A stretch of DNA of 64,000 nucleotides. Source: Octopus vulgaris. Taxonomy: Eukaryota. The DNA is taken from NCBI GenBank assembly GCA_951406725.2, contig OX597824.1:24428001-24492000 (forward strand), read 5' to 3'. The translations under genes and the position numbers were made by a program. Shown here piece after piece: positions 53,381 to 64,000 of the stretch; within the stretch, counting starts at the first letter, position 1; each line of letters begins with the position of its first letter. The notes beneath the pieces were generated by a model that was not told the origin of the DNA, made no database searches, and saw only the letters and a program-made list of their open reading frames with translations.

Positions 53381-53978
53381 ACAGATATATATATATATAT
53401 ATATATACATATATACAGGCACACACTCACATATGCTCATACGTTTTATTTGCTTTTTCTTTCTGGAAGTTCTTCTTTTTTACGTGTTTTGTTTTTTTTA
53501 GTCTGCGCCTTTTCGGTTCATCGTTTTTTTTTTTTTTTATTTTATTTTATCAATTTATTCTTGTTGTTTAATTTCAAATTTTATATATTTATTTATTTAT
53601 TTGTAGTTTGTAGCTATTGCTATTGTTGCTATTGTTAGTTGCGGTGATGGCGATGGCGATGGCGATGGCGATGGCGATGGCGATGGCGATGATGGTAGTA
53701 GTAGAAGTGGTGGTGGTGGTGCTGGTGGTGCTTGTGGTGGAGCTGGTGGTGGAGGTGGTGGTGGCGGCGGCGGCGGCGGTGGTGGTGGTGGTGGTGGTGA
53801 TACTGAAATATACTTGTTGTTTTTGCTGTTGGTGGCGGCAGTGGTGGCGGAGGAGGACGGAGAGGAGGAGGAGGAGGAGATACTGTTCTTCCTGTTGCTT
53901 TTGTTGTTGCTGTTACCGTCAATTGTTGAAGGGGGCGGTGAAGTCGTTGCTGTTATCATAGCGACTGATGATGGTGAA

Positions 53979-54038
<60 letters not shown>

Positions 54039-54067
54039 GGTGGTGGTGATGATGGTGATGATGATGT

Positions 54068-54122
<55 letters not shown>

Positions 54123-54334
54123 GGTGGTGATGACGGTGGTGGTGATGATGATGATGATGATGATGATGTTGGAGTTACACTTATTACACCCCATGTGCAA
54201 CCGGGTGCAATGATGCCGTTAGTGCACCACCATTCACGTGGTAGTGTTAGCGATGTCTACAGCGAGCGGGGCTGCGGGAGGTCGAACTTGTGGTCATTGT
54301 GGTTAAACTATTGTTAATAGTGGTGGAGGTGGTG

Positions 54335-54625
54335 GTGGTGGTTGTAGTGGTGGTCGACGTGGTGGCGGTTGTGGTTGAGGTTGCAGTTGTGGTAGTGGTG
54401 GCAGTTGTGTTAGTAGTGGCAGTTGTGGTAGTGATGGTGGTAATGTTGGTGGTGGTGGTGGCGGTGGTGGTGGTGGTGGTGGTGGTGGTGGTGGTGGTTG
54501 TAGTGGTGGTCGACGTGGTGGCGGTTGTGGTTGAGGTTGCAGTTGTGGTAGTGGTGGCAGTTGTGTTAGTAGTGGCAGTTGTGGTAGTGATGGTGGTAAT
54601 GTTGGTGGTGGTGGTGGCGGCGGTG
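54335..54625. repeat. 156-bp tandem duplication within (GGT)n-rich sequence
   Basis: GTCGACGTGGTGGCGGTTGTGGTTGAGG at 54353 and 54509. Confidence 0.85.
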
Positions 54626-55086
54626 GTGGTGGTGGTGGTGGTGGTGGTGGTGGTGGTGTTGTTGATGTTAGCGGTAGTGAGGGAGATGAGGGTAATTGTT
54701 TTAATGGCGATAGAGTGGCGTGTGGTTGGTTGGTTCGAGGGTAATAGTTGGGTGAATTGCCGATGGTGATGGCGGCGGTGGCGGCGGTGGCGGCGTCGGT
54801 GGTGGTGGTGGTGGTGGTGGTGGTGGTGAAGGTGATGGTAGTGATAACCATGATGCTAATAATGTTTGTAGTAATGTCGGTGGTAAAGATAATGATGATA
54901 ATGGAAGCAGCGATGGTGCTTAGCGGTGAGATGGTGGTGGTGGTGGTGATGGTGGTGGCGTCAGTGGTGGTGGCGATTGTAGTAATAGTAGTAGTAGTAG
55001 TAGTGTCTCGGTATGTGCTAGACACCTACTACATACTTAGATCATATCGAACGCTGCAGACACAATGTGAAAAAAACATATATATT

Positions 55087-55122
<36 letters not shown>

Positions 55123-55160
55123 CATAGCTGTACATGTATATATGCATATATACATACATT

Positions 55161-55303
<143 letters not shown>

Positions 55304-55774
55304 GTATATATATACATACATATATATATACACATACATGTATATTCATACAGATACATACATATATACATACCTATATATACATACATACATAGATACA
55401 TATATACACACCAATATATGCATGCATACATACATGTATGTATGGATGGATGTATGTATGTATGTATGGATGGATGTGCGTGTGTGTGTGTATACTGATA
55501 ACAAAGGTCATGTTAACCTTGCTAATAAGTTTCTTGTACAGACTTGATGGTCTGACTTTGTTTTATAAATAGTTAATCATTTTTGCTTCTAGACAAGAAG
55601 AATTAGAATTGGCCGGAAGAAGAGCCATTCACACATTTCCCTGTGGCAGCGGTTCCAAAACATATTTTCTCAAGGACCCCTTACGTGATTTTTCTAAAGT
55701 TACCGAATGGAAATTTCATACTCTTTTATATTGCTAATTGCTTTCAGTCATTGGACTGCGGCGAACTGGTAGAA

Positions 55775-56176
55775 AAGGCGGCGAGCTGGCAGAAACGTTA
55801 GCATGCCGGGCGAAATGCTAAGCGGTATTTCGTCTGCCGCTTCGGTCTGAGGTCAAATTCCGCCGAGGTCGACTTTGCCTTTCATCCTTTCTGGGTCGAT
55901 TAGATAAGTACCAGTTATGCACTGGGTCGATATAATCGACTTAATCCGTTTGTCGGTCCTTGTTTGTCCTCTCTGTGTTTAGCACCTTGTGGGTAGTAAA
56001 GAAATAGGCATTTTGTCTGCTGCTACGTTCTGATTTCAAATTCCGCCGAGGTCGACTTTGCCTTTCATCCTTTCGGGGTCGATTAAATAAGTACCAGTTA
56101 TGCACTGGGGTCGATATAATCGACTTAATCCGTTTGTCTTCTCTGTGTTTAGCCCCTTGTGGGTAGTAAAGAAATA
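55775..56176 (+). mobile_element. SINE B dimer
   Basis: Junction GAAATA|GGCATTTT at about 56006. Confidence 0.9.
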
Positions 56177-56197
56177 AAATTTGTTGGGAGTTGCATG

Positions 56198-56338
56198 TAG
56201 GGATCAAAACAGTTTGATTCAAATTCGTTGGTAATCTTGTGTTTCAAGTGTCAGCCGTATTCAAAATGGCTTACGACCAGCATCATGCTTGGAACTCAAG
56301 AGTACGAACGAATTTGAATCAAATTGTTTTGATCCATA
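56198..56338. mobile_element. Small hairpin MITE
   Basis: GGATCAAAACAGTTTGATTCAAATTCGTT ... AACGAATTTGAATCAAATTGTTTTGATCC, with arms extending imperfectly to about 50 bp and TA flanks. Confidence 0.7.
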
Positions 56339-56344
56339 TATATA

Positions 56345-56669
56345 AAGGGGTAAGGTAAATGAATGACCATGGGATTGCACCTAGAAAGTTACCCTCTTAG
56401 ACACAAGTCCGGGCAAGGTTGTTTATGGAAGACCAGCAGTCGCCCATGCATACCAGCCTCCCCTCTCCACGCCACCAGTGTTATCCAAGGGAAAGACAAA
56501 GGTCGATACAACCTGGCACCAGTGACGTCGCAACTCATTTCTACAGCTGAGTGAACTGGAGCAACAGGAAATAAAGTGCTTTGCTCAAGAACACAACACG
56601 CAGCCCGGTCCGGGATTCGAGCTCACAACCTCACGATCGTAAGCTCGACGCTCTAACCACTGAGCCATG

Positions 56670-56670
<1 letters not shown>
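56345..56670 (-). mobile_element. SINE family D
   Basis: Matches 32199-32545. Confidence 0.9.
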
Positions 56671-56732
<62 letters not shown>

Positions 56733-56876
56733 CATTATTTTCGACCAGCGAACCTCTAGAAACAGCTGTCGGACTCGTAAATCTCTTATTCAATCCCTTT
56801 AAGTCCTAATATTTCTATTCTGTGTAAGTCTGTATACATATGTACATTTTTTTGTATTAAATTTATTTAATATTAT

Positions 56877-57187
56877 CACCGTGATCACCGTCACCGACCA
56901 GACTATCAGATGTTGCTACACATCGCTGGTCACAATGCGCTTAGCATTACTTTAGCCTTCAAATGACGCCACCCCGCTGGCTAAGCGAGCAGGCCAACAG
57001 AAGAAAGAGTGAGAGAAAGTTGTGGCGAAAGAGTACAGCAGAGATCACCACCATCCCCTGCCGGAGCCTCGTGGAGCTTTAGGTGTTTTCGCTCAATAAA
57101 AACACACAACACCCGGTCTGGGAATCGAAACCGCAATCCTACGACCGCGAGTCCGCTGCCCTAACCACTATGCCATGGCGCCTCCAC
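56877..57187 (-). mobile_element. SINE family C (tail C2)
   Basis: TSD ATTTAATATTAT (56865-56876, 57188-57199). Confidence 0.9.
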
Positions 57188-57305
57188 ATTTAATATTATA
57201 TGTATATCGATTTGCCTAACTTGCTTGCCCTTAAATTTACTCCTCTACCTTCTCGAGTTTAAATCTCTTGAGCACTACGAAGTGTATTCTATACATAGAA
57301 TACCC

Positions 57306-57361
<56 letters not shown>

Positions 57362-57512
57362 TTTTCTGTCTACTTAATCTACTTACAAGACCTAAGATAG
57401 CTACGCAGAAGGTCTGAACCTAGAACCATTTAGCTGAGAAGCAAGGTTCTTACCATACAGCCACATTGGCACCTATGTACTCATATCAATGTAGTATGTA
57501 ATGTAAATATGT

Positions 57513-57808
57513 TCCTTCTCAAGCCACGCCTGGCTCATTAGGGCCGGTTTCCTGGTTTCTTTGGCGTACAGGTTCCCCACCTGGAATGAACGCCGGTCCG
57601 TCGCAGGTGAGCCGCAAGATGCAGGAGGAAAGAGTGAGAGAAAGTTGTGGCGAAAGAGTCAGCAGAAGTTCGTCATTACCTTCTGCTGGAACCGTGTGGA
57701 GCTTAGGTGTTTCGCTCATAAACACACACATCACCCGGTCTGAGATTCGAACCTGCGATTCCTCGACCGCGAGTCCGCTGCTCTAACCACTAGGCCATGT
57801 GCCTCCAC
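57513..57808 (-). mobile_element. SINE family C (tail C1)
   Basis: TSD AATGTAAATATGT (57500-57512, 57809-57821). Confidence 0.9.
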
Positions 57809-58280
57809 AATGTAAATATGTAGTGTCAACATTCGAAATCCTGCTTCATTTCACATGAAATTTTTGATCCGCCAAAGTTGATTCGGTGTATAAGTCGACC
57901 AACCTTTTATTCTCTGCCCCTTGCTCCGTTAATCTTGTATCTGACTGAAAAATTCGAATTGTATGCCACAAAATACAGTATGCAGGAGACCCAATATTAC
58001 CGCTCCCATAAAAGGGTCACCGAGCGTGTGTTGGCACACTCCTGCCTCGCCAAATTATTGGTCAAAGCTGAAGCTTCTAAGCTGGTAATTCTCACACTGG
58101 GGTCTATATGGCCTCTATGGGTCTACGCAAGAAAATAGTAAATTAGGGATCCATAATAATATTTTAAGGGACCCTGAAAAGAATTTGCTTTAGATGTATG
58201 TATTGCAACAAACGGCTAAGTTTCTTTCTCTAACATTTTAGAAAGCCCAACCAAGTTAATGTACGAAAAACAAAATAGGA

Positions 58281-58407
58281 ATTGATTGATTGATTGATTC
58301 TAGATTCAGCTCACAAATTTAAAAATTTGTGGGCAACCAGCCATGAGGGACGAGCTCACATCCCTTTGATTACCAGTCAAGTGCTTTACCAATTAAGCTA
58401 AACTGCC
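58281..58407 (-). pseudogene. Degenerate tRNA (Thr-like, GGT loop) fused to a hairpin and CR1-like terminal motif
   Basis: 73-nt cloverleaf at 58407-58335 (D stem GCTT/AAGC, anticodon arm CTTGA-CTGGTAA-TCAAA, T stem GTGAG/CTCAT), then GCCCACAAATTT-TT-AAATTTGTGAGCTGAATCTAG(AATC)n. Confidence 0.7.
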
Positions 58408-58489
58408 AAATGTTGAAAGAAGTTTGTATAAATCATCAAATGGTTATAGGAGCCCACTAGAATAAAATAGTACGCAAAGGGGTCCATTC

Positions 58490-58674
58490 TTATATTTGTT
58501 TCAGTCATTTGACTGCGGCCATGCTGGAGCATCGCCTTTAGTCGAACAAATCGACCCCAGGACTTATTCTTTGTAAGCCTAGTGCTTATTCTATCGGTCT
58601 CTCTTGCCGAACCGCTAAGTTACGGGGGACGTAAAGACACCATCATCGGCTGTCAAGCAACGTTGGGGGGACAA

Positions 58675-58754
<80 letters not shown>

Positions 58755-58917
58755 GACGGACTTCTTTCAGTTTCCGTCTACCAAATCCACTCACAGGGCT
58801 TTGGTCGGCCCGAGGCTATAGTAGAAGACACTTGCCCAAGGTACCATGCAGTGGGACTGAACCCGGAACCATCAGGCTGCTAAGCAAGCTACTTACCACA
58901 CAGCCACTCCTACGCCA
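58490..58917 (-). mobile_element. SINE family A nested in a hAT-like MITE end
   Basis: Host sequence GAATAAAATAGTAC...GGGGTCCAT | AGATAA...TTGAGAACCCCT is uninterrupted at about 3815-3885. Confidence 0.85.
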
Positions 58918-59251
58918 TAGATAAGAAATTGTTGAGAACCCCTCTAAGCCAACACTGGCACAGCAACTACAGTAACACAGAGAACCTGTCTATCATTAAT
59001 CACCCTACGACTAGCACCTATACTGATACCGCCTACCACTATGAATTCAACTATTCTTCTCATTTGTACTATCGTTGTGCTTGTAACCTTGAGATATGGA
59101 AAGACAAACCTCTGAAATTAGCAGCTTAAACACACTCTGCATATGATATGCTGATATGCCCTTACATATATACATACATACATACATACATACATGCAGG
59201 CATGTATACATACGTACGTACATAAATATACATATACATATGCATATATAC

Positions 59252-59292
<41 letters not shown>

Positions 59293-59387
59293 TATATATA
59301 TATATATATACATATACACATATATACATATGTATGTACATACACACATACACACACATACATATATATGTATATATATGCATACAT

Positions 59388-59480
<93 letters not shown>

Positions 59481-59569
59481 TATATATATATACATATACA
59501 CATATATACATATGTATGTACATACACACATACACACACATACATATATATGTATATATATGCATACAT

Positions 59570-59768
<199 letters not shown>

Positions 59769-59914
59769 GATACCTGTCGACGGCTGCTGAGGGGAATACC
59801 CTGCAGTGCAAGCTAGATGTGTGTGTGTGTGTGTGTGTGTCTGTGCGTATGCGAACATGCATATGCATAAAAATACATACATATATGCTGTTGCTTCAAG
59901 GAGACTGAAGCAGT

Positions 59915-59964
<50 letters not shown>

Positions 59965-59974
59965 TCACGCATGC

Positions 59975-60016
<42 letters not shown>

Positions 60017-60066
60017 TCACGCATGCTTACACACACACACACACACACACACATACTCACGCATGC

Positions 60067-60114
<48 letters not shown>

Positions 60115-60362
60115 TCACGCATGCTTACACACACACACATACACACACATACACACGCAGTTGCATATGTGTTTTAATACACATGTAACTTCACTTATTT
60201 AACCTAGACAGACATACGATTTGTCTGCATACGCATGCGTGACCTCAGAATTCGTAGCTTGCAGGTATGCGAATATCTGTTTGCATATTCTTAGATATTC
60301 TTATACACACCATGAGTAAAAGAGATACATTCCAGGTAGACGATTAAAGAATTTCTTAAGTA

Positions 60363-60534
60363 ATGCGCAGGAGTGGCTGTGTGGTAAGTAGCTTGCTTAC
60401 CAGCCACATGGTTCTGGGTTCAGTGTCCCACTGCGTGGCACCTTGGGCAAGTGTCTTCTACTATAGCCTCGGGCCGACCAAAGCCTTGTGAGTGGATTTG
60501 GTAGACGGAAACTGAAAGAAGCCCGTCGTATATA

Positions 60535-60565
<31 letters not shown>

Positions 60566-60821
60566 GTATATATATATATATATATGCGTGTGTGTGTTTG
60601 TGTGTGTGTGTTTGTCCCCCTAGCATTGCTTGACAACCGATGCTGGTGTGTTTATATCCCCGTCACTTAGCGGTTCGGCAAAAGAGACCGATAGAATAAG
60701 TACTGGGCTTACAAAAAGAATAAGTCCCGGGGTCGAGTTGCTTGATCGACTAAAGGCAGTGCTCCAGCATGGCCGCAGTCAAATGACTGAAAAAAGTAAA
60801 AGAGTAAAAGAGTAAAAGAGT
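60363..60821 (+). mobile_element. SINE family A
   Basis: Full-length with (AAAAGAGT)n tail. Confidence 0.92.
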
Positions 60822-61284
60822 AATGCGGAGAAAGTCGTAGAATTCTGTATGCGCGTGCGTGTCTGTGTCTATGTCTGTGTGTGTTTGTGTGTGTGTGTTT
60901 AGAATGGGATTTCGAAGGCTGTGTTCTTCGTTTTTGGCCTCATACTTCAGGACTTGACATTGGAACGATGCGAACGTCCTCTCTTTTGTCCTCTTTACAT
61001 GAATTTAGCTTTCGTTTCATTTTTTTTGTTTTTGTTTGTGATATTATTCTAATTGCTTTTTATCTCACACACTACGGACTTTCCCTCTTTCTCTCTTTCT
61101 CTCTCTCTCTCTCTCTTTTCATTCTTTTTCTTTTTGTCTCTCTCTCTCTCTCTCACCCCCTTGCATATATGTGTGTATTATTATTATCATCATCATCATC
61201 ATCATCATCATTATTATTATTATTATTATTAATAAAAGAATTAATTATTTTTAAAAATAAAAGAATAAATTATTATTATCATCA

Positions 61285-61316
<32 letters not shown>

Positions 61317-61372
61317 GTTGTTGTTGTTGTTGTTATTATTATTAGTTATTATTATTATTAATTATTATTATT

Positions 61373-61413
<41 letters not shown>

Positions 61414-61430
61414 TAATAATGATGATGATG

Positions 61431-61471
<41 letters not shown>

Positions 61472-62489
61472 TAATAATAATAATAATGATAATAATAAAG
61501 AGTATGGAGACTTGTACATCCACAGAATTTATTTTATACCAATATGCAGCATGTTATAATGACCAGCACGTGTTTCTTCTGCAGCGACTATTCACTGTTG
61601 CAAATGGCCCCAAAGCCTTGTGAGTGGATTAGGCAGATGGAAACCGAAAGAAGACCGTCGTATATATGCGTGCATGGCTGTATGTGTGTGTGTGTGTGTG
61701 TGCGTGTGTATGTGTGTGTGTGTGTGCTTCTGTATGCATGTGTGCATGCATTTATGTATGTGTGTATGCATGTAAGCCCGTCGTGTAGGTGTATGTGTGT
61801 GTGCGTGTTTGTGTGTATGTGAATGCATGTACGCATGTGTGTATGCATGAAATCCCGTCGTATGTGTGTGTTTGTGTGAGTATCTATGTGTATGTACCTT
61901 TGTTTGTCCTCCACTCACTGCTTGGTGTTGGTATGTTTACGTCCCTGTAAATTAGCGATTCGGCCTAGGAGATCGATGGAATAAGTACCAGGCTTTAAAA
62001 AAAAATAAGTCCTGGTTCTATTTTTTTGACTAAAACCCTTCAAGTTGGTGCCCCTGCATGGCTGCAATCTAAGGACTGAAACAAGTAAAAGATAAGATAT
62101 ATATATAAAAATATATATGTATATATATGTATATGTATGTGTATGTGTGTTTGTGTGTCTGTGTTTGTCCCCCCAACATCGCTTGACAACCGATGCTGGT
62201 ATGTTTACGTCTCCATAACTTAGCGGTTCGGCAAAAGAGACCGAAAGAATAAGAACTTGGCTTACAAAGAATAAGTCCTGAAGTCGATTTGCTCGACTAA
62301 AGGCGGTGCTCCAGCATGGCCACAGTCAAATGACTGAAACAAGTAAAAGAGTAAAAGTGTATATGTGTGTGTGTATGTGTATGAATACACACGCGCACAC
62401 ACACATGCACATACACACATACACACACGTATATAGTTTTTTTTCTATATTGCGTGTATATGTATGTGTTGTGCATGTGTGTATGTATT

Positions 62490-62873
62490 GGATGGAAGCA
62501 CTCCGTCGGTTACGACGATGAGGGTTCTGGTTGATCCGAATCAACGGAACAGCCTGCTCGTGAAATTAACGTGTAAGTGGCTGAGCACTCCACAGACACG
62601 TGTACCCTTAACGTAGTTCTCGGGGATATTCAGCGTGACACAGAGAGTGACAAGGCCGGCCCTTTGAAATACAGGTACAACAGAAACAGGAAGTAAGAGT
62701 GAGAGAAAGTTGTGGTGAAAAAGTACAGCGGGGTTCACCCCCCCCCATCCCCGCCTTGTAGAGCGTAGGTGTTTTCGCTCAATAAACACGCACAATGCCC
62801 GGTCTGGGAATCGAAACCGTGATCCTATGACCGCGAGTCCGCTGCCCTAACCACTGGGCCATTGCGCCTCCAC
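62490..62873 (-). mobile_element. SINE family C (tail C3)
   Basis: TSD TGTGTATGTATT (62478-62489, 62874-62885). Confidence 0.9.
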
Positions 62874-63095
62874 TGTGTATGTATTACGAGTATGTTTGCA
62901 TTATTATCATTTGTAAGCACGGTTAGCTGGTTGAATTGTTAGAGCGTCGGGGGAAAATTCCCTGCGTAATTTGTTCCGGCCCTTTACGTTCTGCGTTCAA
63001 ATCCCATCGATGTCAACTTTAACCTATAAACCTTTCGAGGTCGATAAAATTAAATGACAACTCATTTAAGGGTGGAGGCTTAGCAGAATTGTATG

Positions 63096-63646
63096 TATTG
63101 GGTTGTCCGGAAAGTTCGTGCCGATTTTTAAAAGAAAGTAAAAGGTCAATAAATACTCGTCATTACATTTTTAATCAACCAAATATGAAGCACAATGCGT
63201 CTCCATCTTTCCTTTAGCTTGAAAATACCCTCTTCCCAGAATTGAGATCGTTTCATGGCAAAGAATTCATCAAGGTATCTTTTTATCTCATCCAAGGAAT
63301 TGAAATTTTTACTATTAAAACTATTCTGCAGAGACCTGAAAAAGTGGAAATCCGAAGGAGCAATATCTGGTGAATATGAAGGGTGGGGTAACACATCCCA
63401 GCCGAGCTTTGTCTGGTTCCCAAATCATCAAGTGCCGAAAATGAACTTTCTTATCTTCCATTTTAAAGGGTTACAGAATTAACACAGGTTATAGGAACAT
63501 AAATCTTCTTCCCCGAAAAGATAGCTTAAACCGTACTCTAAATGGAAGTGTAGTCAAAATCCTATTTTATGGACTCAGCCATGTTCTAAAATAAGTCGAA
63601 ACGTAAGCTACTATAAATCGGCACGAACTTTCCGGACAACCCAATA
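63096..63646 (-). mobile_element. Non-autonomous mariner deletion derivative
   Basis: TIRs with TA TSD and HPSYSPDIAPSDFHFF; sister of 43102-43676. Confidence 0.92.
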
Positions 63647-63899
63647 CATCGGACCAAATGCCTTGTTTGCTTTTGTTCTGATTGTTTGCATTCTGGGTTC
63701 AAAACTCATCATGTCCAACTTGTTTGGTTATACCTAATTGGTCACCCGGTTGTCACACGATCATCTAATACATTGTGTGTTCTTAGCGAAGCTTTCTCTG
63801 TTGCGAGCATTTGGGTTCGGTCACCGACATGAGGACCACTTCTTCTCTCCTTTCTACCAGTCTCAGTAGTTCTGTAAAAGGTCTTGGACACTAGCTTCT

Positions 63900-64000
63900 C
63901 TCGTGACCAAACAGGAGATACAAAGACACTCTCAAGAAGACCTTAGAAACGTGTAACTTAAAACGGTGTACTCGGGGACATCTTGCTTAAGGACGCTCAC
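63900..64000 (+). pseudogene. RTE-clade LINE C-terminal fragment (runs off the window)
   Basis: PNRRYKDTLKKTLETCNL...LA*GRS matches the RTE KRYKD.LK..L..C.I pattern. Confidence 0.6.

Noticed and set aside
53597-55025. Pro-rich and Asp/Gly-rich ORFs
   Set aside because: Trinucleotide arrays plus a tandem duplication, with no splice or domain evidence.

Overview
AT-rich, microsatellite-saturated, repeat-dense eukaryotic DNA. The tRNA-headed SINE families look like those of Octopus; that is recognition from memory, not a database result. I found no credible host protein-coding exon, and nearly all ORF-track entries are translations of (TA)n, (CA)n, (TATG)n, (TAGA)n, (AAT)n or (GGT)n arrays. The window contains one near-intact tRNA-Gln(TTG), dozens of SINE copies, and fragments of CR1-, Tx1/L1-, RTE-, R4/Dong-like and Penelope-like retroelements. 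It also contains Tc1/mariner derivatives, Helitron-like non-autonomous elements and MITEs. Four signals stand out: (1) small non-coding inserts in (TA)n tracts carrying hammerhead-ribozyme motifs, several as fold-back palindromes, with one hammerhead at the exact centre of a perfect 128-bp inverted repeat; (2) two different tRNAs (Glu, Thr-like) fused directly to the 3' stem-loop tail of a CR1-like LINE, i.e. minimal or nascent SINEs; (3) a SINE with a Tx1/L1-like tail that repeatedly inserts at the same GGTA site inside its own head; (4) different retroelement classes occupying different microsatellites. Coordinates were counted by hand, and boundaries of diverged copies are approximate.
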